Shown here in pieces: positions 43,689-51,092 of a stretch of DNA of 51,092 bases. This DNA is from Gemmatimonadota bacterium (lineage in GTDB: Bacteria; Gemmatimonadota; Gemmatimonadetes; Gemmatimonadales; Gemmatimonadaceae). Position 1 is the stretch's first letter; every line of letters starts with the position of its first letter. The stretch is taken from positions 1 to 51,092 of the forward strand of contig QHUA01000141.1 of assembly GCA_003221805.1 (NCBI GenBank). The letters run 5' to 3'. The translations under genes were made by a program, and so were the position numbers. The notes beneath the pieces were generated by a model. The model made no database searches. It was not told the origin of the DNA and worked only from the letters and a program-made list of their open reading frames with translations.

Positions 43689-45131
43689 TCAGTGCCTGAG
43701 TCTGGCGTTGAGGCTATCAGCCAACCGACGCGCACGGACGTTGGTGGAGTCGAGCTCGGTAGCGCGTCGATACGCATCGCGGGCAGCAGTGGGATGACCG
43801 TCGGCGAGGTACGCATCGCCCATGCTGTCGTAGACGTTTGCGGATGTTGGGTAGGCGGCGATGTTCTCGCGGAAAGCTCTGATGGCGTCCTTGAAGCGTG
43901 CCTGGTTCAGCAGTGAATAACCCAGGTCGTTGAGCAACTTCTCCGGTGTTGCCTCCGGATTTTCTTCCTGGAGCCGGTGGTACTCCGCCATCGCTGCATC
44001 GATTCCGCCACTTCGGAGCTTGCGTGCTATTGAAGCGCGGGCCAGGGCGGACGGAGCGTTGTAGATCTCGTAAACGAGCAGGGCCAGTCCCGCGTGAGAA
44101 CCGGGGAAGATGCTCGAGATTTCGCGGACGACGCCCAGGCCGTTTGCACTGTTGGCGAAGTACACCAGTCCACACTGCCTCTCGATGTCCAACAAGGTGA
44201 AGGCGGTGAAGCCGGAATCGGAGTTGTCGCCATGGTGCGCCAATGCTTTCCCAGTCGAGTCGCTTTCGATCGCCCAGCCCAGTCCCCAGCTGACGCCGGG
44301 AGCGACATCGACCGCCGGCGTTTGCATCAATCGCCAGGTCTCCGGTCGCAAGCCCGCACCCTGCTCAATTGCAACCAAAAAGCGGGCGTAGTCGTTCGCC
44401 GTTGTCTGCAGGCTCGACGGAGCGCGAGCGAAGCGCGGACGCGTCCGCTTCCGCACTTCGCCAAATCGTCCGTGTCCGACTGCGGCGTCATCGTCGAAAC
44501 GCGTCTCCCAGATGAAGCTGCTGCGCGTCATTCCCAGGGGATCGAACACGAGGGTCTTCATCGACTCTGCCAGGGAATGCCCGGTGATCGCTTCGATCGC
44601 CTGGCCAAGCAAAACGAAGCCTTCGCCCGAGTACTGGAAACGCGTCCCGGGCGTGAATGAAAAGCGCAGCGAATCGGAGCCGATTCTCTCGTTCTGCAAG
44701 CCGGTGGTATGCGAGAGCACCATCTTCGCGGTAACGAGATTCCCCAGCGTGTCCCCGCGAAAGTCCGGATAAGAGGTGTAGTTGATAAGCGGCCGATCGA
44801 GATCGAGCTGGCCGGCGTCCACCAGTTTCAGCGCAGCATACGCGATCACCGGTTTACTCAACGACGCCGCCTCGAACACGGTCCGACTGGCACTTACTCG
44901 GCCGCTTGCCGAATCGCGCGAACCGAAGCCGCCGCTCCAGACGACTTTGCCGTCATTGATGATTGCCAGAGCCAAACCCGGTATCATGGCGCTATCCATC
45001 AGGGCCGGCAGGCGCTGCCGCAGCTCTCTTCCCGAATCCGCGACGCAAGCGCTCGCTGGCGTCTGAGCGCGAGCCGCGTTTGGTAACGCGAGCAGGGCCA
45101 CCGCGAATGCCCGCGAGAATCTCGTCGTCAT
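43689..45131 (-). CDS. secreted serine hydrolase (beta-lactamase/PBP4* family) with a C-terminal TPR region
   Basis: The start is taken at the ATG at 45131 (MTTRFSRAFAVALLALPNAARAQ, signal peptide), which overlaps the GT2 stop as ATGA. ASLSKP (SxxK). C-terminal YHRLQEENP...GDAYLADGHPTAARDAYRRATELD is TPR-like. Confidence 0.8.
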   Translation of the reverse strand: MTTRFSRAFAVALLALPNAARAQTPASACVADSGRELRQRLPALMDSAMIPGLALAIINDGKVVWSGGFGSRDSASGRVSASRTVFEAASLSKPVIAYAALKLVDAGQLDLDRPLINYTSYPDFRGDTLGNLVTAKMVLSHTTGLQNERIGSDSLRFSFTPGTRFQYSGEGFVLLGQAIEAITGHSLAESMKTLVFDPLGMTRSSFIWETRFDDDAAVGHGRFGEVRKRTRPRFARAPSSLQTTANDYARFLVAIEQGAGLRPETWRLMQTPAVDVAPGVSWGLGWAIESDSTGKALAHHGDNSDSGFTAFTLLDIERQCGLVYFANSANGLGVVREISSIFPGSHAGLALLVYEIYNAPSALARASIARKLRSGGIDAAMAEYHRLQEENPEATPEKLLNDLGYSLLNQARFKDAIRAFRENIAAYPTSANVYDSMGDAYLADGHPTAARDAYRRATELDSTNVRARRLADSLNARLRH

Positions 45132-46294
45132 TGCGAGATGTAAGTTCGTCCGTTCCAGGTTACTCTCCTGCCGCGAATCACTGCAGTAAAGAAGATGTAA
45201 AGCAGCACCAGTGCGCCCAGCGGATAAGCGAGGGCGTAAAGTGGATTCTCGCCAATCGTGACGTAAACAACGATCCACCACAATAGCGTCGCGGCGCAGG
45301 ATATTAGCGCCCACAGTATCGTGTTGCTGGCGGTTCCCATTCCCAACGCCCAAAGCACCAGCGCGAGCGGCGGCAACAGCTCGAGCAAAGGCGGCAGCAA
45401 CAGCGCCAATGGAAGGATGCTCCGTCCGATCTTGCCGAATGGAACTGCGTCCAATCCGCCGGCAAATGCGTTCTTGCGCCAGCCGGTGACGATCTCGCTG
45501 AGGGACGCGTACATCCGCGTCGATAATTGTTTGACGCCGAGCATCAGCACGACGCGCTTTCGCGCCGCGAAAAATCGTTGTGCCAGCAGGAGATCCTCTG
45601 CGACCGACGAGCGAACACTGCCGTGACCGCCGATGGCGTCGTAGCTCGTGCGCCTGACGAAGATGCACTGTCCGTTTGCGATCTTGTTGCCGACGCGCGG
45701 TGATTGGTTGACGGATTCGGTCCCGCCGTAGCGCATCGACAGCACGGTGAACATCTGCGGCTGGACCAGTTTCTCCCAGAATCCGCCCAGCTCCTGCCTG
45801 CCGGCGACGGAAAACAGATCGGCAGCGGTTCTGCGCATGGCGTTGACCGATCGTGTCACCAGGTCGGGGGCGTGAACGGTGTCCGCATCGGTGAATTGCA
45901 GGATCTCGCCGTGCGCGACTTTCGCACCGGTCGCGCACGCCCACTGCTTTCCAAACCAACCGTCCGGTAGTGGAGCGTTTCTGACGACTCTGAGCCGCCG
46001 ATCTGAAGCCGCAGCTTTGCGAGCGATGTCGGCAGTGCCATCACTCGACGAATCGTCGACGACGAGCACCTCGAGCTGCGGATAGTTCGTCGATAGGATC
46101 GATGTCACACAACGCGCGATGTTGTGTGCTTCGTTGCGTGCGGGAACGATGACCGTTACGAGTGGTGGATTTTCGGGGATGCTACCGCTCTCGTCGTCGA
46201 GCGAGCGCGAGTGACGCAGCCGGATGTAGGTGATTAACGGAGGGATGATCCACGGTGTAGACCAAAGGAGTGGGGCGATCAGACTCTGGTTCAC
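45128..46294 (-). CDS. family 2 glycosyltransferase with C-terminal TM segments
   Basis: VTVIVPARNEAHNI, VVDDSSSDGT, FTDADT (DxD), GWFGKQWAC, then four hydrophobic C-terminal segments. Confidence 0.85.
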   Translation of the reverse strand: MNQSLIAPLLWSTPWIIPPLITYIRLRHSRSLDDESGSIPENPPLVTVIVPARNEAHNIARCVTSILSTNYPQLEVLVVDDSSSDGTADIARKAAASDRRLRVVRNAPLPDGWFGKQWACATGAKVAHGEILQFTDADTVHAPDLVTRSVNAMRRTAADLFSVAGRQELGGFWEKLVQPQMFTVLSMRYGGTESVNQSPRVGNKIANGQCIFVRRTSYDAIGGHGSVRSSVAEDLLLAQRFFAARKRVVLMLGVKQLSTRMYASLSEIVTGWRKNAFAGGLDAVPFGKIGRSILPLALLLPPLLELLPPLALVLWALGMGTASNTILWALISCAATLLWWIVVYVTIGENPLYALAYPLGALVLLYIFFTAVIRGRRVTWNGRTYISQ

Positions 46295-46392
46295 GGCTTA
46301 TGAGTCAACTGCAACTGAACGGGTGCGAGGTGTGAGTAGTCTAGTTCTCAGATACCGGTTCACGACGTCGGGACTTGCCGACAGCTCGTCGA

Positions 46393-46433
46393 AGAAAACA
46401 AAAACGGGGCGCCAATTCTTTTGGCGCCCCGTT
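46393..46433 (-). terminator. rho-independent terminator of the glycine-rich gene
   Basis: AACGGGGCGCCAA-ttctt-TTGGCGCCCCGTT, a 13-bp perfect stem. On the minus strand it is followed by TTTTTGTTTTCTTC, and it lies 12 nt after the stop at 46446. Confidence 0.85.
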
Positions 46434-46445
46434 GGACGGGAAGAG

Positions 46446-46904
46446 TTAGCGATTCCCGCCGCCCCCGCCACCACCGGGCGGACGACCACCGCCACCGCCG
46501 CCGCCTCCCATTCCTCCACCACCTTGTCCGCCCCCACCACCGCCGGGGCGTCCGCCTCCTCCACCACCTTGACCGCCGCCGCCACCACCACCGCGTCCAC
46601 CTCCGCCACCACCCTGTCCGCCGCCACCCCCTCCGCCGCCCCCGCCTCCACCTTGTCCACCACCGCCACCGGGTGGACGACCGCCGCCACCTTGTCCACC
46701 ACCACCGCCACCACCGGGCTTACCACCACCGCCTTGTCCACCACCGCCACCACCTGGGCGTCCGCCTCCGCCACCACCCTGGCCGCCGGAAGATCCACCG
46801 CCGCCCATGCCGCCACCTCCACCGCCTGGACCGCCACGGCCGCCACCTCCACCACCCTGGCCGCCTTTATCCTTGGCACCAAAGTTCTCTTCCGTACCAG
46901 CCAT
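46446..46904 (-). CDS. extremely glycine-rich protein (about 152 aa)
   Basis: The ATG at 46904 is preceded by GGAGGG at a 7-nt spacing. MAGTEENFGAKDKGG is followed by G-runs punctuated by Q, R/K-P and M. A clean terminator follows. The other frames of this low-complexity DNA lack both an RBS and a terminator relationship. Confidence 0.6.
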   Translation of the reverse strand: MAGTEENFGAKDKGGQGGGGGGRGGPGGGGGGMGGGGSSGGQGGGGGGRPGGGGGGQGGGGKPGGGGGGGQGGGGRPPGGGGGQGGGGGGGGGGGGQGGGGGGRGGGGGGGQGGGGGGRPGGGGGGQGGGGMGGGGGGGGRPPGGGGGGGNR

Positions 46905-46951
46905 TCTGCTACCCTCCAAAGTTGTTTGTCACCACGCGCGACAAAGGCAAT

Positions 46952-46976
46952 GCATGTGCCATATTAGGGCACATGC
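46952..46976. promoter_or_regulatory. perfect 9-bp inverted repeat in the divergent promoter region (candidate operator)
   Basis: GCATGTGCC-atattag-GGCACATGC lies between the glycine-rich gene (start 46904, -) and ldcA (start 47021, +). The central ATATTAG/CTAATAT could be a -10 element. Confidence 0.35.
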
Positions 46977-47020
46977 AAGACAGAAATTCACTGCGTAATT
47001 CGCGCCACAATCAGTAATTC

Positions 47021-47941
47021 GTGCCAGTAAAACATTTTCGGAGTACAAAACCGCTCGCATCAGGCGCGCGCGTTGCGCTGATTTCGCCCGCTGGTCCACT
47101 GCAAAAACCTGAAGAACTTCCGCGCGCCGAGGAAAACGCGCGCGCACTCGGCTGGGAGCCGATAGTCACACCCCACGCCACGGATAGAATTGGATATCTG
47201 GCCGGAAAGGATCGCGACCGGCTCGACGACATCAATCACGCACTGAGAGATCCGACGATCGACGCGCTGTGGTGCCTGCGCGGCGGTTACGGGATGATCC
47301 GCATTCTCCCCGGCATCGACTACGACGCGCTGGCGCGGTCGCCCAAAGCCATCATCGGTTACTCAGATGTGACCGCATTGCACGCCGCGGTGCAGCGAAA
47401 GTGCAGGCTGATCACCTATCATGGCCCAACCGCGCGGGAGACGATGAGCGATTTCTCGCGCGATTCGTTTTCGCGCGCAGTCGTCGACCAGACCGACTCG
47501 TGCGGCGTTGCTCCCAACTCGCGCGAGATCAGTCACGGCCACGCCGAGGGACGACTGGTTGGCGGAAATCTCGCCGTGCTCGCATCGCTCTGCGGAACAC
47601 CATTCGCCCCCGATCTAACGGACGCCATTCTGATTCTCGAGGACATCAACGAACCCGTGTATCGCATCGACAGGATGCTGCAGCAACTGATGCTCTCGGG
47701 TTCGCTGAACGGTTGCCGGGGGATCGTCTTCGGTGCATGCGTCAAATGCCCCGACGACGCGGGCGGTGGTGGCCGTCCTTTCGACGAGGTCGTACGAGAA
47801 ATTGCTGAGGAGCTTGGCGTCCCGTGCCTGGCGGGAGTTCCCGTCGGCCACATCAAGGAACAGTGGACGATTCCGCTTGGCGCAACAGGTACGCTTGATA
47901 CCCGAGCTCGCAAGCTCACCGTCACCGCGTACGAATCCTGA
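47021..47941 (+). CDS. ldcA: LD-carboxypeptidase (peptidase S66, muramoyltetrapeptide carboxypeptidase)
   Basis: VALISPAG, GYSDVTALH (nucleophile Ser), ILILEDINE, PVGHI (catalytic His). GTG start. Confidence 0.85.
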   Translation: MPVKHFRSTKPLASGARVALISPAGPLQKPEELPRAEENARALGWEPIVTPHATDRIGYLAGKDRDRLDDINHALRDPTIDALWCLRGGYGMIRILPGIDYDALARSPKAIIGYSDVTALHAAVQRKCRLITYHGPTARETMSDFSRDSFSRAVVDQTDSCGVAPNSREISHGHAEGRLVGGNLAVLASLCGTPFAPDLTDAILILEDINEPVYRIDRMLQQLMLSGSLNGCRGIVFGACVKCPDDAGGGGRPFDEVVREIAEELGVPCLAGVPVGHIKEQWTIPLGATGTLDTRARKLTVTAYES

Positions 47942-47949
47942 TCGCTACG

Positions 47950-48312
47950 ATGACTCACAAGACGGGCCAGGACCTCATCGACGAAGCGAAGCACCAGATC
48001 GAGCAAATGACGCCCGAGCAGGTGCGCGACATGCAAGCGCGGAAAGAGCGTGTTGTCTACCTCGACGTCAGAGAGCCAAACGAGTGGAACCTCGGCCACC
48101 TGCCGCACGCGATACATCTGCCGCGCGGAAATCTCGAGGGAAAAGTCGAAGGGTTGATCGATCGCAATCAGAAAGTTGTCATCTACTGCGCGCGCGGTAA
48201 TCGATCGGCACTGGCTGCTCTTACGATGAAGCAGATGGGATACGACAAAGTCTCGTCGATGGCGCGCGGAATTCAGGGATGGGCCGAGATCGATGGAGAG
48301 ATCGTGGATTGA
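47950..48312 (+). CDS. rhodanese-like sulfurtransferase domain protein
   Basis: YLDVREPNEWNLGHLPHAIHLP and the active-site loop YCARGNRS. Confidence 0.85.
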   Translation: MTHKTGQDLIDEAKHQIEQMTPEQVRDMQARKERVVYLDVREPNEWNLGHLPHAIHLPRGNLEGKVEGLIDRNQKVVIYCARGNRSALAALTMKQMGYDKVSSMARGIQGWAEIDGEIVD

Positions 48313-49154
48313 CGACAACGAACGCGATCAAAGCCGAGACGTTCGACCTTCCGTGCAATGATGGCCTCACCATCCGCGGCGAAGTGTACGGCGCCCAACC
48401 CGCGCTGGCCTCGGTCATCATCTGTCACGGCTTCAAGGGCTTCGCACATTGGGCGTTCTTTCCATATCTCGCTCGCAAGCTGGCCGAAGCTGGCCTCACC
48501 GCCATCACCTTTGACTTCTCGGGTAGCGGGATCGGTCCTGATCGCGAGTCTTTCACGGAGCCCGCAGCGTTTGCGGGCAACACATTCTCGAGAGAGCTCG
48601 AAGATCTCGACCTGGTCGAGGACTATGCGCGGCGCAGGAAGTGGATCGATGGCAAGTTCGGGTTGTTCGGCCATTCACGAGGAGGTGGAATGGCGATTCT
48701 TTTCGCGGCAGCCGAAGGATCCCAAGTGAATTCACTGGTGACCTGGGCCGCGATCTCGTATCCGAGCCGGTGGTCGCCCGAGGATACGCTCACCTGGCGG
48801 AAGCGGGGCTACACCGAGATCACCAACTCACGTACGGGGCAGGTGATGCGACTCGAGACAGATCTGCTCGACGACGTAGAGCTGCACGGAAGGACGAAAC
48901 TCAACATCGAAGCAGCCGCCGCAAAAATCAAAGTGCCGTGGCTGATCGTTCATGGAACGGCTGACGACACCGTGCCCAGCACTGAGGCCGAGCATCTGCA
49001 CACGTTGTCGAAAAGGACGAGCACATTACGATTGATTGAAGGTGCAAACCACGCGTTCGATGCCAAGCATCCATTGACTTACGTGCCACCAATCTTGGAG
49101 AAGGTCGTGAAGGAGACGGTAAATTTTTTCGTCCGGAACGCGGCCGCCAAGTGA
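48279..49154 (+). CDS. alpha/beta hydrolase
   Basis: ICHGFKGF, GHSRGGG nucleophile elbow, VHGTADDTV, NHAF. The start is uncertain: the ATG at 48279 overlaps the rhodanese gene by 34 nt, and a TTG at 48309 overlapping its stop is an alternative. Confidence 0.75.
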   Translation: MGRDRWRDRGLTTTNAIKAETFDLPCNDGLTIRGEVYGAQPALASVIICHGFKGFAHWAFFPYLARKLAEAGLTAITFDFSGSGIGPDRESFTEPAAFAGNTFSRELEDLDLVEDYARRRKWIDGKFGLFGHSRGGGMAILFAAAEGSQVNSLVTWAAISYPSRWSPEDTLTWRKRGYTEITNSRTGQVMRLETDLLDDVELHGRTKLNIEAAAAKIKVPWLIVHGTADDTVPSTEAEHLHTLSKRTSTLRLIEGANHAFDAKHPLTYVPPILEKVVKETVNFFVRNAAAK

Positions 49155-49155
49155 A

Positions 49156-49746
49156 GTGAACGAGCTGATCCGCGGCGAGGAAAGGCTGGCGGCGATCCTC
49201 TCCCATCCCGCGATCGCGAAGCTTCGCGCATCGCTGAGCTCGCGACGGCCGGTGGAAGCAGAGGAAGAACCCGGCGTTAGCAAAGCTGCGGTCGCACAGT
49301 TGCTTTTCATCAAGCGGGCGGACTATCCAGGCGATCCATGGAGTGGCCAGGTCGCATTTCCAGGCGGACGTGAGGAGGCTGGCGACGCGTCGCTTCAGGA
49401 AACGGCGACGCGCGAGACGCGCGAAGAAACCGGGATCGATCTGACGCGTGAGGGGATGGTGATTGGCGTGCTCGACGATCTCCGCCCGCGCACTGTCAGA
49501 CTGCCCGCCGTCGTCGTTCGTCCCTTCGTTGCAGTTCTCGAGCGGAGCGAGCCCCTGAGATTAAGCTCGGAGGTTGCGCTCGCTTTCTGGATTCCGTTCG
49601 GTACCCTCGCCCACAAGGAAGCATGGAGCGAGGATACCGTCTTCGCCCGCGGAGTGCAGATCAACGCCCGCGTCTTTCGGCACGAAGATCACGTCATCTG
49701 GGGGATGACGGAACGAATTCTGGCACAATTGCTCGAGCTACTCTGA
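49156..49746 (+). CDS. Nudix hydrolase, CoA pyrophosphatase-like
   Basis: Nudix box GGREEAGDASLQETATRETREETGI is preceded by LLFIKRADYPGDPWSGQVAFPGG (NudL/PCD1-type upstream motif). GTG start 1 nt after the previous stop. Confidence 0.85.
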   Translation: MNELIRGEERLAAILSHPAIAKLRASLSSRRPVEAEEEPGVSKAAVAQLLFIKRADYPGDPWSGQVAFPGGREEAGDASLQETATRETREETGIDLTREGMVIGVLDDLRPRTVRLPAVVVRPFVAVLERSEPLRLSSEVALAFWIPFGTLAHKEAWSEDTVFARGVQINARVFRHEDHVIWGMTERILAQLLELL

Positions 49747-49774
49747 TGATAAGCCACTCAAACGCGTAAGTGAT

Positions 49775-49935
49775 TCCGAACTGCGAGCTAACTGCGAGTT
49801 ACGAACCTGCTGCGAGCTGCGAACGACTGCGAAGCGAGAGCTATGCAGCGCGTGACGGCCGTTTGCTCGCACCTCGCAATTAGCTCGCAGTTCGCAACTA
49901 GTTCGCAGCTCGCAATCAGTTTGCGATCCGCAATC
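49775..49935. repeat. ORF-less hairpin element built from CTGCGA(A/G) / TCGCAG heptamers
   Basis: Left: aactgcg|agctaac|tgcgagt|tacgaac|ctgctgc|gagctgc|gaacgac|tgcgaag. Right: ctcgcaattagctcgcagttcgcaactagttcgcagctcgcaatcag. tgcgagctgcgaac (49811-49824) is exactly complementary to gttcgcagctcgca (49901-49914). Confidence 0.7.
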
Positions 49936-49968
49936 CCTTACCCGTCAAAGTGCTTTCCTTTCTCGTTC

Positions 49969-50947
49969 TTACCGATCCAGCTCAAGTACTACAAACGACC
50001 CTGGAATCATCGGCGGCCTCGGCCGCGGACGATCCGCAGTTGCTGCGGGCGTCGGCCCAAAGTCGGCAGTCACCGTGTAAAGCCGGTGCGTTTTCGGATT
50101 CACCGCCATGGTGCGCGCGCCACGCTGTGTCGGAACTGTCTCGACGACGCTGAATTTGTCCGGCGTGTCCTCGTGCACGACGGTGATCGTGCCTTCGCCG
50201 TTCGAGGTGAAGGCGAGTCCAGTGCCGGGATCGAAGCCGGCAGCATCGACTCCTGACCCGACCGCCGGACTGGCGATGACTTTGCCCGAGCGCATGTCCA
50301 CAATCGCCATTGTCTTGTTGCCGCATCCGGCGAACAGTCTCTTGTTGACGCGATCGATCGCCAAACCACTCGGCTCCTCACACGGCGCCAGCGGCCAACG
50401 TGCCTCCACGGCGAGGGTCTTCGGATCGAAGACGGCGATCATGCTCTTGTCCTCGAGGTTCGCGTAAACCTTTCCGCCGTCACTGACCGCCGTCTCCGGT
50501 CGGCGTTGCAGATCGACGGTTCCGACGACCGTTCCATTGGTAGCGTCCAGCGCCGTCGAGTTAGATCGGATTGCGGCCCGGAACCTTGACGACGCCGATC
50601 GGGGCCAGCGTTTTGTAATCGAAGATGGTCACGCTCGAATCCCGGCCATTGCTGGTGAATCCGCGATTGAGCTCCGGGGCGAGGGCGACGCCGTGAATTC
50701 CGGGAGTGTTGGGGACATCACCGACGACGGAATTCGTGGCGAGATCGATCACCATGGCGTGCGTTCCACGCGAGAGGAAGAGCCGATTGCTGGCAGTGTC
50801 GATCGTCATGTAGTCCCACCCACCCTCACCACCGGCTGGGATCTTGTGGATGACGTGATAGCCTGGCGCCTGGGCTTCGACGAACGGCGGAACGACGAGC
50901 GTTGCCCCGGCGAGAATGCCGAGCGCGGCAAAATTTTTCGATCTCAC
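49969..50947 (-). pseudogene. YncE-like (YVTN) seven-bladed beta-propeller protein, disrupted by an internal deletion plus frameshift
   Basis: ORF 50561-50947 (signal peptide, blades 1-2) ends ...VKVPGRNPI*. Another frame reads RSNSTALDATNGTVVGTVDL...KVYANLEDKSMIAVFDPKTL into ORF 49969-50442. Blade 3 lacks about 15 residues (the ...A.D....R.F..NG core) that are present in every other blade. Confidence 0.65.
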
Positions 50948-51092
50948 GATGGGCTCCGGATTTGAGGGCAGGGTAAATAACTGGCGGGCAACTTACGCCA
51001 GGATTACGGCCTGTCTCAGTGTTGCGTTGAGTCGGCCTTCTCCGCTGCTATCCCGGGCGGGAGTCCAGGCGGGGCCTGCTTGAGATTCAGAA

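Noticed and set aside
45132-45959. N-terminal 275 codons of the 756-aa ORF 43689-45959 (-)
   Set aside because: This stretch is Arg/Gly/Ala-rich and low complexity, and it lies out of frame over the well-supported GT2 gene (45128-46294). An internal ATG at 45131 gives a clean signal peptide and an ATGA overlap with the GT2 stop, so the hydrolase gene is called from 45131.
46230-47017. Three further long ORFs over the glycine-rich locus (46230-46967 +, 46298-46882 -, 46421-47017 +), encoding Thr/Ala-, Val/Ala- and His/Arg-rich products
   Set aside because: They are by-products of the (GGN)n low-complexity DNA, which is open in several frames. Only the Gly frame has an RBS at the right distance and a terminator right after its stop.
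1-51092. Search for tRNA, rRNA, transposase, integrase, phage or toxin-antitoxin genes
   Set aside because: No cloverleaf-like sequences were seen in intergenic regions, and no DDE/tyrosine/serine recombinase-like ORFs. The only mobile-looking features are the heptamer hairpin elements.

Overview
This is a GC-rich bacterial chromosomal segment with about 55 tightly packed protein-coding genes on both strands. I cannot assign a taxon without a database search. I found no rRNA, tRNA, CRISPR array, transposase, integrase or phage genes. Most of the content is housekeeping or metabolic. It includes the 3' part of ispH, a CPA2 antiporter, thyX, and an hbd/thiolase/FAD-oxidase cluster. It also includes RNase HI, an M20 peptidase, a CoA-transferase, an ECF sigma/anti-sigma pair, and deoC with an ALDH pair. 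Further genes are an ABC-2 exporter, an MHYT histidine kinase, PadR, an LD-carboxypeptidase, a rhodanese and a Nudix CoA-pyrophosphatase.

The stand-out observations are:
1. An overlapping two-gene operon encodes a 1057-aa Eco57I/PglX-like N6-adenine methyltransferase and a 763-aa SNF2 helicase. Neither has a recognisable nuclease, and no known partner genes are nearby. This is a candidate minimal defence or epigenetic module.
2. A family of long hairpin elements is built from degenerate heptamers. One carries a four-helix-bundle gene (23S rRNA intervening-sequence protein family) in its loop. Three are ORF-less. The same heptamer is tandemly repeated inside a coding region.
3. A KamA-type aminomutase operon carries two Ddl-type ATP-grasp ligases, one of them broken. 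A possible 40-codon micro-ORF is translationally coupled to kamA.
4. A monocistronic gene encodes a protein of about 150 aa that is almost pure glycine, with a strong RBS and terminator.
5. Two unrelated genes are each disrupted by a very similar short internal deletion plus frameshift.
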